The translations under genes were made by a program, and so were the position numbers. Below, piece after piece: positions 45,599 to 53,545 of a DNA stretch of 64,000 bases; positions within the stretch are counted from its first letter, which is position 1; the number at the start of each line of letters is the position of its first letter. This DNA is from a virus. Taxonomy: Duplodnaviria > Caudoviricetes. The stretch spans positions 1 to 64,000 of IMG/VR virus record IMGVR_UViG_3300028887_000079; one strand, 5' to 3'. Under the pieces are notes generated by a model that was given only the letters and a program-made list of their open reading frames with translations, did not search any database and was not told the origin of the DNA.

Positions 45599-46230
45599 AA
45601 TGCCGCCCCGACCGGTCCGCATTTGCCGTTCACATTGCCGACAACGGAGACGCCGTTATGAATGTCCACGTGATAGTGCTCGGAGCCATCAATCGGGGCG
45701 CCGGCAACGTCCGCAACCATCACAACCTGAACCTTGCTTTCAACCGCGAGCAGGTTCAGCAGGTCGCCAAGGCGCGTTCTCGCATCGCCACGGATGAATT
45801 TGAAAGGTTCATCCAAGAAAAGGACCTTGCGATTCTTGGACAAGAGCAGGCAGCAAGTGCGCAGGGCGAACGCAATCACGTCCACCACGCCGCCGCCAGC
45901 GGCTTCCAAGGGCGGAACCTTTTCGCCATTGCGATCGAGCCACATGTCCAGCTCCGCCTGATTACGGCGCGATTCAAATTTCATCTTGAACTGGTATGAG
46001 CCGGGGAACACAATGTCAAGCGCCGACTGGACGCAAGAGGTGAAGAACGCGGTAAGATCCGCCTGCAATTCATTGGCGATGGTTTGCACCGTAAGAATTG
46101 CCTGCGTGATATGGTCCGAGCGCTTCGTCAGGTCGTCAATGCGCTGACGGGAATCGGCTACGGCCTTGGCAAGCGTTTCGCGCTGCCCTTCGGCCTTCGC
46201 CAGCGATATCAATGCGTTACTAAGTTTCAT
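45592..46230 (-). CDS. SbcC/Rad50-like ATPase, C-terminal half
   Basis: Signature-like AAGGGVVDV, Walker B/D-loop LFLDEPF. Confidence 0.8.
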   Translation of the reverse strand: MKLSNALISLAKAEGQRETLAKAVADSRQRIDDLTKRSDHITQAILTVQTIANELQADLTAFFTSCVQSALDIVFPGSYQFKMKFESRRNQAELDMWLDRNGEKVPPLEAAGGGVVDVIAFALRTCCLLLSKNRKVLFLDEPFKFIRGDARTRLGDLLNLLAVESKVQVVMVADVAGAPIDGSEHYHVDIHNGVSVVGNVNGKCGPVGAALW

Positions 46231-46257
46231 ATTGACTTATACGGAAAAAGGGACAAG

Positions 46258-47424
46258 TTATAGCGGCTTGCCGCAAATCGGGCACGCCTTGCCTTCAAGC
46301 GATGCGGACACCTCCGCCAATTCATGTTCAGCGGTGTGAATCGAATTGGAAAGGGTTTCCACCTCGTTTACATAGCGGATTGTTTCTTCAAGATCGCGGA
46401 TGCATTCGCCAACATACTGACCTCGCTCAATAAGCGCGTTTGCTGCGCTTATACAGCTGTTTTTCTTGGCGAGTCCATTAGTTAGTTGGTCGAGCCCATA
46501 AATCGCCGTAGACAGGGTGGAAAGCTCGCTATCGAGCGTGCGGGTGTCAATGCGGGAAAGCGCATCAATCTTCGGTTCGACTGCCTGAACGGCGAACTTG
46601 GCGCGTTCCAGCTTGGCCCCGGTATCCTTGATTTCGTCAAGGCGCTGAAGGCTCATCAGGTCCGCATACAAGGCGTCCGTGTTCGGGTAGGAATTGATTT
46701 TGGCATCCGCGTTGATGAGGACGCATTTGGTGCGCTGGATTTTTTCATCAAGCTGAGCCAATTCATCCAAGGTGCCCAACGCGGCAATATCGGATTCAAG
46801 CCCTTCAACAACGCCACAAACCTTTTCCAGCTCGGCAACCTTTTCTTTGGCGCCGTCAACCCAATCATACTTGGCAAGGTTCTTTTCAGCCTCGGCAAGG
46901 CGGGCGGTTTCGTCCTTCAAGGAATTGGCGTTGTCGCGGCTCTTGCCTTTCAATGCCTTTTGATAGGTATCGATTTCTTCAAGGCCGACCAACGAATTCA
47001 GGTAGCGGGCAGCTTCGCCCGGGGTGGACGAAAGCAGGAACGGCGGATCCATTTGACGCTGAATGTTGACAGCGCCAATGTTGACGGCGCGTTCAATTTC
47101 AACGGGGACGGCGCCCTTCAATGCTTCATAGCGCTCTTCGCCGTTGGCGCCGTAACGGATATAGCCGTTAAACTCCTTCGAGCGAATGCGCGAGATGTTG
47201 TCAATCGAAACGGAAACGGGGGCTTGAATTTCGCCCTTCTTGTTCTTTGCCCAATAGGAGGCAAATGCGGTTCCATCCGGCTTGTTTGTCAGCGCCCAAA
47301 GCATTGCACGCAAGACTGCCGACTTGCCGGAATCGCTCACGCCTTCAAAAGAGTTGACCGTAGGGGACAACTCAATTTGGGTTTCCTTGTGCGATTGGAA
47401 GTTTCGGATGGTTACGTGATGCAT
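46258..47424 (-). CDS. SbcC/Rad50-like ATPase, N-terminal half ending at the zinc hook
   Basis: IRNFQSH, GVSDSGKS, Q-loop NIQRQ, coiled coil, terminal CPICGKPL. Confidence 0.85.
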   Translation of the reverse strand: MHHVTIRNFQSHKETQIELSPTVNSFEGVSDSGKSAVLRAMLWALTNKPDGTAFASYWAKNKKGEIQAPVSVSIDNISRIRSKEFNGYIRYGANGEERYEALKGAVPVEIERAVNIGAVNIQRQMDPPFLLSSTPGEAARYLNSLVGLEEIDTYQKALKGKSRDNANSLKDETARLAEAEKNLAKYDWVDGAKEKVAELEKVCGVVEGLESDIAALGTLDELAQLDEKIQRTKCVLINADAKINSYPNTDALYADLMSLQRLDEIKDTGAKLERAKFAVQAVEPKIDALSRIDTRTLDSELSTLSTAIYGLDQLTNGLAKKNSCISAANALIERGQYVGECIRDLEETIRYVNEVETLSNSIHTAEHELAEVSASLEGKACPICGKPL

Positions 47425-47427
47425 TGA

Positions 47428-47655
47428 TTATGCTCCGGCAAAGATGGTGTCGAGTTCGCCTTCGATCTTGGTCTGTTCCGCCTTGGCGCTTGCCAATTCG
47501 TTTTGCTTGCTGTTGCGGATCGAGATGAGGGTCGGAATGTCATCCGTGCCGAACTTTGCTTTCAGGTCGGTGAGGATGGTGGCACGCTTGTTTTCCATAA
47601 TGCCGATGTCAACCTTGATTTGGTCGCGGCGCTTGATTGCGGTTTGAATATCCAT
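47428..47655 (-). CDS. Small coiled-coil protein in the SbcCD cluster
   Basis: 75 aa with heptad pattern; AAGGAG RBS. Confidence 0.65.
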   Translation of the reverse strand: MDIQTAIKRRDQIKVDIGIMENKRATILTDLKAKFGTDDIPTLISIRNSKQNELASAKAEQTKIEGELDTIFAGA

Positions 47656-47684
47656 TGTAAAACTCCTTTGATTTAATATACGGA

Positions 47685-48593
47685 CTAGTCCGCGTTAAGT
47701 GATTCCATAACTTCTGTGAGGACCTGCTGAACGCCTTCGGGAAGGGTAGGCATCTTTTCGGCGAGCGCCTCGGAGAAGGATTTCATTGAAATTGTCCCGG
47801 ACTGAAGGGTGGCAATGAAGTGCGCCTTCATCCCTTCGACCTGATGCTCGCGCTCAAGGTATTCGGTGGCGACTTTGCCTTGAACCGGAATATCCACGCG
47901 CTCGGCGGAAAGATCGAAAGTGTCATAGATGTAGACATGCGGTTGGTAGTCCTTCATGTCAGCAGCCTGAATGTTCAGGCAGCCCGGCGTAATAACGCGG
48001 CGGCCATCTTTGGGGCTAGTGTAAATGTAGCCGTGGTGGTAGTCGCCAGTAAGGACAACGCTTGCGGCCGGGCAGGCATCCAACAAATCCTGAGCGATGA
48101 CGCCTTTCATACCGGGGACCGGCTTCGCTTCTTCATTAGGGAAGGTGAGCTGGTGGGTTGCCCAAGTGTGCATCGCATTTGCCTTCATATAGTTGGACAG
48201 CTCCTCGTATTGAGGTTCCGTGCCGAACGGGTATGAGACAAGCCCGGAGGGTTGGTCGATGCCGAGCATCGGATGTTTATGAAGAATGATGCCGATGGAG
48301 GAGCGCTCCAGTTCCCGGAAGTTGTGGTAGGGCAGGTCGTGGTTTCCGCAAAGCACGCGGACTTCGCACGGCGCCTTTTCAAATTCCTGAAGCACGAGGT
48401 TCACCGCCTCGGTGGAGACGCGGCTAGTGTCGAACAGGTCGCCGAGAATCCAAATCGATTCAACTTTCTTGGCGCGGGCAATTTCCCACACCGATTCAAT
48501 ATCGCGCCGTTGGGTTTCAATCCAATCTTCATCGGCGCGGCAAAGCGGACGCGATCCGCTTATGTGCCAGTCTGCTGTAAGTAATACTCTCAT
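47685..48593 (-). CDS. SbcD/Mre11-like metallophosphoesterase nuclease
   Basis: TADWH, GDLFD, GNHD, TH, GDYH, TPG. Confidence 0.88.
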   Translation of the reverse strand: MRVLLTADWHISGSRPLCRADEDWIETQRRDIESVWEIARAKKVESIWILGDLFDTSRVSTEAVNLVLQEFEKAPCEVRVLCGNHDLPYHNFRELERSSIGIILHKHPMLGIDQPSGLVSYPFGTEPQYEELSNYMKANAMHTWATHQLTFPNEEAKPVPGMKGVIAQDLLDACPAASVVLTGDYHHGYIYTSPKDGRRVITPGCLNIQAADMKDYQPHVYIYDTFDLSAERVDIPVQGKVATEYLEREHQVEGMKAHFIATLQSGTISMKSFSEALAEKMPTLPEGVQQVLTEVMESLNAD

Positions 48594-48620
48594 AGGCCTT
48601 AATATACGGACAAGTTGTCG

Positions 48621-48935
48621 TTATTTCTTCTTGGTTTTGGTGAGCTGCTTTTTGAGCATCTCAATCATCTTCACGCGGTTGTGGTTTTTCTCTTCGCTGT
48701 TCTTGCCATCCATCTCATAGAGGTTCAGGCGCAGCATTAAAATATCCAGTTGCGTGTCGTGCAATTCGGTGGCGCGTTGCGCGACCTCCGCCAGCAAGCC
48801 CCGGAAGATGACAAGGATGGAAGGACTAATGGTTTCCTTCGGCAACGCATTAGGGATAATGTCATTGAGCAGGGCCGGCGTATCAACTGACCACTCCATT
48901 TTTTGCGGTATACGCATTGTGAGTGTTTTTGCCAT
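48621..48935 (-). CDS. Early hypothetical protein
   Basis: AAGGAAAGAAAT RBS. Confidence 0.65.
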   Translation of the reverse strand: MAKTLTMRIPQKMEWSVDTPALLNDIIPNALPKETISPSILVIFRGLLAEVAQRATELHDTQLDILMLRLNLYEMDGKNSEEKNHNRVKMIEMLKKQLTKTKKK

Positions 48936-48954
48936 ATTTCTTTCCTTATATCGG

Positions 48955-49215
48955 TTAGTCGGTGATCAAATGGAAACCGCTTATGAAGCGATTCCACTTC
49001 TTATCGTTTTTGATTGCACGGGCATCCGAAGAATTTTTCCCGCTGAACTTTTCATATGCACGGAGGTATTCTTCTCGGAAGGCTTCTTCGCCTTCTACAA
49101 TTTTATAAGGTTCGCCGTTGTAATAGGCGATCTTTGCGTGCTTCTCCGCGATCTCCGCAGACGGGAATTTATTGGGGAGATAGCCTATCTCGTAGATGAC
49201 GTAGTAATTTGCCAT
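48955..49215 (-). CDS. Early hypothetical protein
   Basis: First gene after promoter copy 3. Confidence 0.65.
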   Translation of the reverse strand: MANYYVIYEIGYLPNKFPSAEIAEKHAKIAYYNGEPYKIVEGEEAFREEYLRAYEKFSGKNSSDARAIKNDKKWNRFISGFHLITD

Positions 49216-49335
49216 ATTTCTTTCCTTGAACCGGGACCGCTGGATCGCCGCCCCGCCACTATAATATACATTCGTTGTTTGAAAAAGACACCCCGTATTT
49301 CGAAATCAAATATGGCGATTTTAGCGAAATTTCGC
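49216..49335 (-). promoter_or_regulatory. Conserved early-type promoter, copy 3 (leftward)
   Basis: GGGGTGTCTTTTTCA (49294-49280)-N11-TATATTAT. Confidence 0.8.
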
Positions 49336-49443
49336 GGATTTCAAAAAAAGTGGACTTTTTCTCAGAAAAGGGGTGTCTTTTTCAGTAGACGTTTCTATAT
49401 TATTGTCATACGGCACAGGTAGCGCCGGAACAAGGAAAGAAAA
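49324..49443 (+). promoter_or_regulatory. Conserved early-type promoter, copy 4 (rightward)
   Basis: GGGGTGTCTTTTTCA (49370-49384)-N11-TATATTAT; shares palindrome GCGAAATTTCGC at 49324-49335. Confidence 0.8.
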
Positions 49444-50304
49444 ATGCAGTTTGAAACCACAAAGACACTCGTTCGCACCGACAAGAACGGAACCAAGATT
49501 TATAATGTCATCCGCCCGTGCTACCGCTGTGGCGGCCGCGGGATCCTCAACTGCTATATGCATGTTGAAGCGGGCACCTGCTTCGCCTGCAACGGAACCG
49601 GCCGCGAAGAAGCCACCGAGAAGGAATACACTGAAGAATACCTCGAACGCAAGGCCGCACGCGCCAAGGCAAAAGAGGACGCCCGCAAGGCCGCGTGGAA
49701 TGTGACCGATGCGCTGGCGAAACTCGGTTACGGCGAATACATCGGCATCGTCACGGATATGAATGGCACGCGCAACTACGGCGACAACTTTGAATGGCTG
49801 GTCCGCGATGGCAAGTGCAAGTATGAAAAGGGCTGCTCGGGCCTGCTTTCCCCGGATGTGACCCGCAGCGAAATCACCTTCGCCCTGATGCCTGCCACCG
49901 AGAAGTTCCTCATCGTGCCGGTGCATTGGTCCGAATTGCTCGAAGCCGACTATGAAAATTGCCGCCTGAGCTGGAAGGATGGCGCCGCCAAGGTCGCCCT
50001 CAAGAATCACACCTACAACTTCCCGCAGGCGAAATTCGAGTCCGCATTCGTTGGCGCCGAAGGCGATAAGATCGAAATCAACGTGAAGCTCCGCCGCGTC
50101 ACCGGTTTCGAATCCACATTTGGCTACACCAATGTTTACACCTTCGAAGATGCCGCACACAACCTGATCGTGTGGAAGACCGGGAAGGGCCTTGACTTGG
50201 AAGCTGGCGCCTACGCCCGCATCACCGGAACGATCAAGGAACATTCCGAGTTCCGTGGCGAAAAGCAAACCGTTCTCACCCGCTGCAAGGTCATTGCCGC
50301 ATAA
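49444..50304 (+). CDS. Early protein with N-terminal zinc ribbon and C-terminal OB-like domain (ends VIAA)
   Basis: CYRCGGRG...CFACNGTG; GTIKEHSEFRGEKQTVLTRCK. Confidence 0.7.
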   Translation: MQFETTKTLVRTDKNGTKIYNVIRPCYRCGGRGILNCYMHVEAGTCFACNGTGREEATEKEYTEEYLERKAARAKAKEDARKAAWNVTDALAKLGYGEYIGIVTDMNGTRNYGDNFEWLVRDGKCKYEKGCSGLLSPDVTRSEITFALMPATEKFLIVPVHWSELLEADYENCRLSWKDGAAKVALKNHTYNFPQAKFESAFVGAEGDKIEINVKLRRVTGFESTFGYTNVYTFEDAAHNLIVWKTGKGLDLEAGAYARITGTIKEHSEFRGEKQTVLTRCKVIAA

Positions 50305-50314
50305 GGAGGTCATC

Positions 50315-50470
50315 ATGAACAAGCCCGTTTATTTCGAAGAATACAAGAGCCCGGCATATTGGGCACAGCAGCGCAAGGGTCACCCCGTCCGCGATCGCCT
50401 GCTCGCCCTTGCCGCCTTGGCGCTGGTTATTGGCGGCGATATGCTCACCTCTATGATTTGCGGAGGTTAA
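50315..50470 (+). CDS. Small membrane protein
   Basis: AAGGAGG RBS; C-terminal TM. Confidence 0.55.
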   Translation: MNKPVYFEEYKSPAYWAQQRKGHPVRDRLLALAALALVIGGDMLTSMICGG

Positions 50471-50471
50471 T

Positions 50472-50681
50472 ATGACCGGACACGCAATTTTACTCATAAC
50501 GGTGTTTATGCCGGTTATCGCATACATCGTAATCTATTTCTTGGAACGCAGGGTCGGAACCGCCCCGCTCCGTGCCCATCGGCGCACCTTCTTATGGCTC
50601 ATCAAAAATTTGTCCGCGTCTTACGGCATTGGCGTATTGCTGGTGCTTGGCTACAAGCTGGCGGAAATTCTCATCGGATAG
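50472..50681 (+). CDS. Two-TM small protein
   Basis: GGAGG RBS; two hydrophobic segments. Confidence 0.55.
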   Translation: MTGHAILLITVFMPVIAYIVIYFLERRVGTAPLRAHRRTFLWLIKNLSASYGIGVLLVLGYKLAEILIG

Positions 50682-50690
50682 GAGGCACAA

Positions 50691-51062
50691 ATGACTTCGG
50701 AACAGTGGTATGCACCCGCGCATCAGCGCATCGCCGAAATCAAGGCAAAAGGCCGCGACCCGTATTGGCGTGCCAAGGACTTGATCCGTGCCGCACACCT
50801 CACGGATGGCAAGGTGAAAATCAACCTCAAGAATCTGTATGACAAAACAGACGTCCTCCCGCTCACGCTGGAAGAAAACAGTTGGGGCGATTTTGAACTG
50901 CGCTACGGCAACGGAGTGCTTTGCGCCAAACTCCAACGCGCCACCCACGAAAAGGCGGCGGAGCAGCTGACCCGCGAACTGCTTGCAATGAGCGCCAACA
51001 TGGACCTGACTTGGAAGCAATACAACATTGACACCGCCCGCGCTCGCGGATATGACGTATAA
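50691..51062 (+). CDS. Hypothetical protein
   Basis: AGGAGG RBS. Confidence 0.65.
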   Translation: MTSEQWYAPAHQRIAEIKAKGRDPYWRAKDLIRAAHLTDGKVKINLKNLYDKTDVLPLTLEENSWGDFELRYGNGVLCAKLQRATHEKAAEQLTRELLAMSANMDLTWKQYNIDTARARGYDV

Positions 51063-51071
51063 GGAGGCAGT

Positions 51072-51473
51072 ATGGCAACCCTTTATGAAAAAGAATTCAC
51101 GGCACAGGTCGCCCGTTTGATCGCGGCCGGATATACTATAGCGGTCCATCCTATGGGCGGAAGTCAAGGCGAAATCGCCAAGGTCTGTTTCGAAAAGGAT
51201 GGCAAGTATTACGCCCTGTATTTGACCAACGAATTTAACGATGATGGCGCAACGCCGGAAAAGCCCGGAGATGCCGTCCACATGATTTTTGGATCCGCAG
51301 CCGGAGATTACGGGGCGCCCCAGTCAATCATGTGGCTGAAAAACCTATTTGAAATTGAACGCCGCACCTTTCACATAATCGGCGGCTATAACAAAAAGAA
51401 CGCGTTTATCACGGAAGATAAAGACGCGGCTTGGAAGGCAGCACAAGAACACGAGGTAGCGATATGCCGGTAA
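51072..51473 (+). CDS. Hypothetical protein
   Basis: AAGGAGG RBS. Confidence 0.65.
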   Translation: MATLYEKEFTAQVARLIAAGYTIAVHPMGGSQGEIAKVCFEKDGKYYALYLTNEFNDDGATPEKPGDAVHMIFGSAAGDYGAPQSIMWLKNLFEIERRTFHIIGGYNKKNAFITEDKDAAWKAAQEHEVAICR

Positions 51474-51994
51474 AGACACTAGCAATGCGTAGGCTCAACG
51501 GCCAAAAGCGCTCATTCTATTGCGATGATGGAATCCATCACTGTAACATCGACTTCTACCCCGCCGAGCTGGTCGAAAAAATCATTACGGATCTCGCCGA
51601 TCAGGTTCTCGAGGGCCGCAAGAAGTGGAATTCCTTGTTTGACCAATTTAAGGCGAAGCGCAAGGAACTCCGGGACGATCGCCACACAGCCATCGCCGAA
51701 CTCCACGCGCTTCAAGACAAAATGTGCGAGGACGTGTTCTATGGGGTTACGCCGAGCCACATTGCGTGCCCGCCGTTGAGAAACGCGGCATACATCACCA
51801 ACAAGACACGCCGAAACTATTTTCTCGCCCTGGCGCGTGCCGCCGAAACCGGTCGCCGCTTTTGGGCAAAAGAAGGCATCTTTGCGTTGCGCGAAGGCCG
51901 CAAGAAGGATTCGGAAAAGGCCTACAAGATGGAACTGCGCCGTAGCCGTCAGGTTCGCGTGTTCACGGAAAAGGCGATGGAGGTCAAAATCTAA
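51464..51994 (+). CDS. Hypothetical basic protein
   Basis: GAGG RBS; start MPVKTL. Confidence 0.6.
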   Translation: MPVKTLAMRRLNGQKRSFYCDDGIHHCNIDFYPAELVEKIITDLADQVLEGRKKWNSLFDQFKAKRKELRDDRHTAIAELHALQDKMCEDVFYGVTPSHIACPPLRNAAYITNKTRRNYFLALARAAETGRRFWAKEGIFALREGRKKDSEKAYKMELRRSRQVRVFTEKAMEVKI

Positions 51995-52242
51995 TGTATT
52001 GCGATTACGTTTTCATAAAGGCTAGACGCGCCCTTCGCGAACTCTGTGACCGCGAGGCGTGGGAGAACCTGAAAAAGCGGGCCGCCAAATGCACCGTGAG
52101 CCTTCCCAAAGGACCGGAATGCAAGGCGCCTGAAGAACATGGCTATCCGGTATACTTTGTGGATTATGTGGGTTGCATACTCGCGCCGAATCCACAACCG
52201 CTTACGAATCCGGACCAACTAATAGGGTGGGAACGCAAATGA
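51994..52242 (+). CDS. Hypothetical protein
   Basis: TAATG overlap. Confidence 0.55.
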   Translation: MYCDYVFIKARRALRELCDREAWENLKKRAAKCTVSLPKGPECKAPEEHGYPVYFVDYVGCILAPNPQPLTNPDQLIGWERK

Positions 52243-52490
52243 CTGATGAAGAATTCCAAAAGGCGCCGGACTGGTCTTACTGGACCCCGAAGCGCATCCT
52301 CAAGAAGAAGTGCGATTGCCCGGACTTCTGTGAACGGCGCGTGGTAGGATGCGGCTATGATGGCAGCAAGCTGTATCTGTGCAAGAACTGCGGCCAAATT
52401 TATGAACTGAAAGAGCTCCGCACGATCCGCTTGCAGCCTACCCCGGCGGTTGCCGCAAAACTGAGACAATGCGAAAGGAGGATAAAATGA
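52239..52490 (+). CDS. Zinc-ribbon protein
   Basis: CPDFC...CKNCG; ATGA overlap. Confidence 0.55.
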   Translation: MTDEEFQKAPDWSYWTPKRILKKKCDCPDFCERRVVGCGYDGSKLYLCKNCGQIYELKELRTIRLQPTPAVAAKLRQCERRIK

Positions 52491-52822
52491 GCGCGTATCC
52501 TAAACAAACAATCATGATTTGCACGAAATGCGGATTGACCGAGCCGCAAACCAAACAGAACGAAACCGGCTATTGCAGCCGCTGCGATGCCTTTCATATG
52601 GTCGCGAAGGCTGGAAAGCGCGTCTATTTGACGGCGGATGAGATCCAAATCATCAAGAAGGCGATGGACGCCTATTTCGACCACTGCGGCGAAGTCATTG
52701 CGGACTACAAGGAAAGCGAAACCCTGGAGATGCAGCATACGGACTTTGAAACGGAGAACTATCATGAAGCATTCCACGATCGGGATGTAATCCGGCTCTC
52801 GTTGACGCGCAAGCTCAAATAA
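52487..52822 (+). CDS. Zinc-ribbon protein
   Basis: CTKC...CSRC; AGGAGG RBS. Confidence 0.6.
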   Translation: MSAYPKQTIMICTKCGLTEPQTKQNETGYCSRCDAFHMVAKAGKRVYLTADEIQIIKKAMDAYFDHCGEVIADYKESETLEMQHTDFETENYHEAFHDRDVIRLSLTRKLK

Positions 52823-52851
52823 TATATTTTTGAAGAAACTAAGGAGGCATC

Positions 52852-53442
52852 ATGTCCCGCATAAAACTCATTAAAAATGAAGCAAATACCCCAATATCTG
52901 CAGCGGATGTCACTGCCGCGAATGCCGAAGACTTTGTCGGCCAAGTGTTTCACCTGAGGAGTGATTCCTCCTACACAGCATCTATCATTGGCACCGGCAA
53001 AACATTCAAGGGCGAGGATGTTCTCCTCCTTGATAATGGCAAAGCGGTTCCGGTCGCCAATTTCCAAAAGGCTTACATGTCCGATGCGGATCTTCAGCAA
53101 CGCCGAGATGTCAGCCAGCATGTAAATGACTGCGTGACCGCCATCATTAAAAAATACCGCACCGAAGCACAAAAATTAAAAATGAGTCCCGGCCCCCTTA
53201 CCGGTGGCGATAGTAAATGGCGACATGAAACCACATTCACCATTAAATACCCGGACGCCGGCGAAATCTCCGTAATGGGCGCCCGCGGCTACGGGATTGA
53301 CGGGACAATCAAAATCGGGCAGTCTAAAACGGAAATTCGCGCAACGGATCTTCGCGTAGACCGCAACACCCCCGAAGAATTGGCGGAGTGGGTCTATTCG
53401 AAATATCCTCTTGACGCCATTGTCGCGGGATACGGCGCATAA
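52852..53442 (+). CDS. Orphan protein with leader MSRIKLIKNEA; paralog of 19073-19486
   Basis: Own ATATATTTTT motif, AAGGAGG RBS, shared YSKYPLDAI. Confidence 0.75.
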   Translation: MSRIKLIKNEANTPISAADVTAANAEDFVGQVFHLRSDSSYTASIIGTGKTFKGEDVLLLDNGKAVPVANFQKAYMSDADLQQRRDVSQHVNDCVTAIIKKYRTEAQKLKMSPGPLTGGDSKWRHETTFTIKYPDAGEISVMGARGYGIDGTIKIGQSKTEIRATDLRVDRNTPEELAEWVYSKYPLDAIVAGYGA

Positions 53443-53526
53443 ACAGCGATTTAAGGCGATAAAAGAAGGCGGGCATATAAATGCTCGCCTTTCGTATTTG
53501 AAGCGCTTATAAGCGCGTTATTGCGC
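53438..53526. repeat. Terminator-centred repeat copy
   Basis: CATAAACAGCGATTTAAGGCGATAAAA-GAAGGCGGGC..GCTCGCCTTTC-GTATTTGAAGCGCTTATAAGCGCG. Confidence 0.78.
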
Positions 53527-53545
53527 AATTATAGTGATTGTCCGC

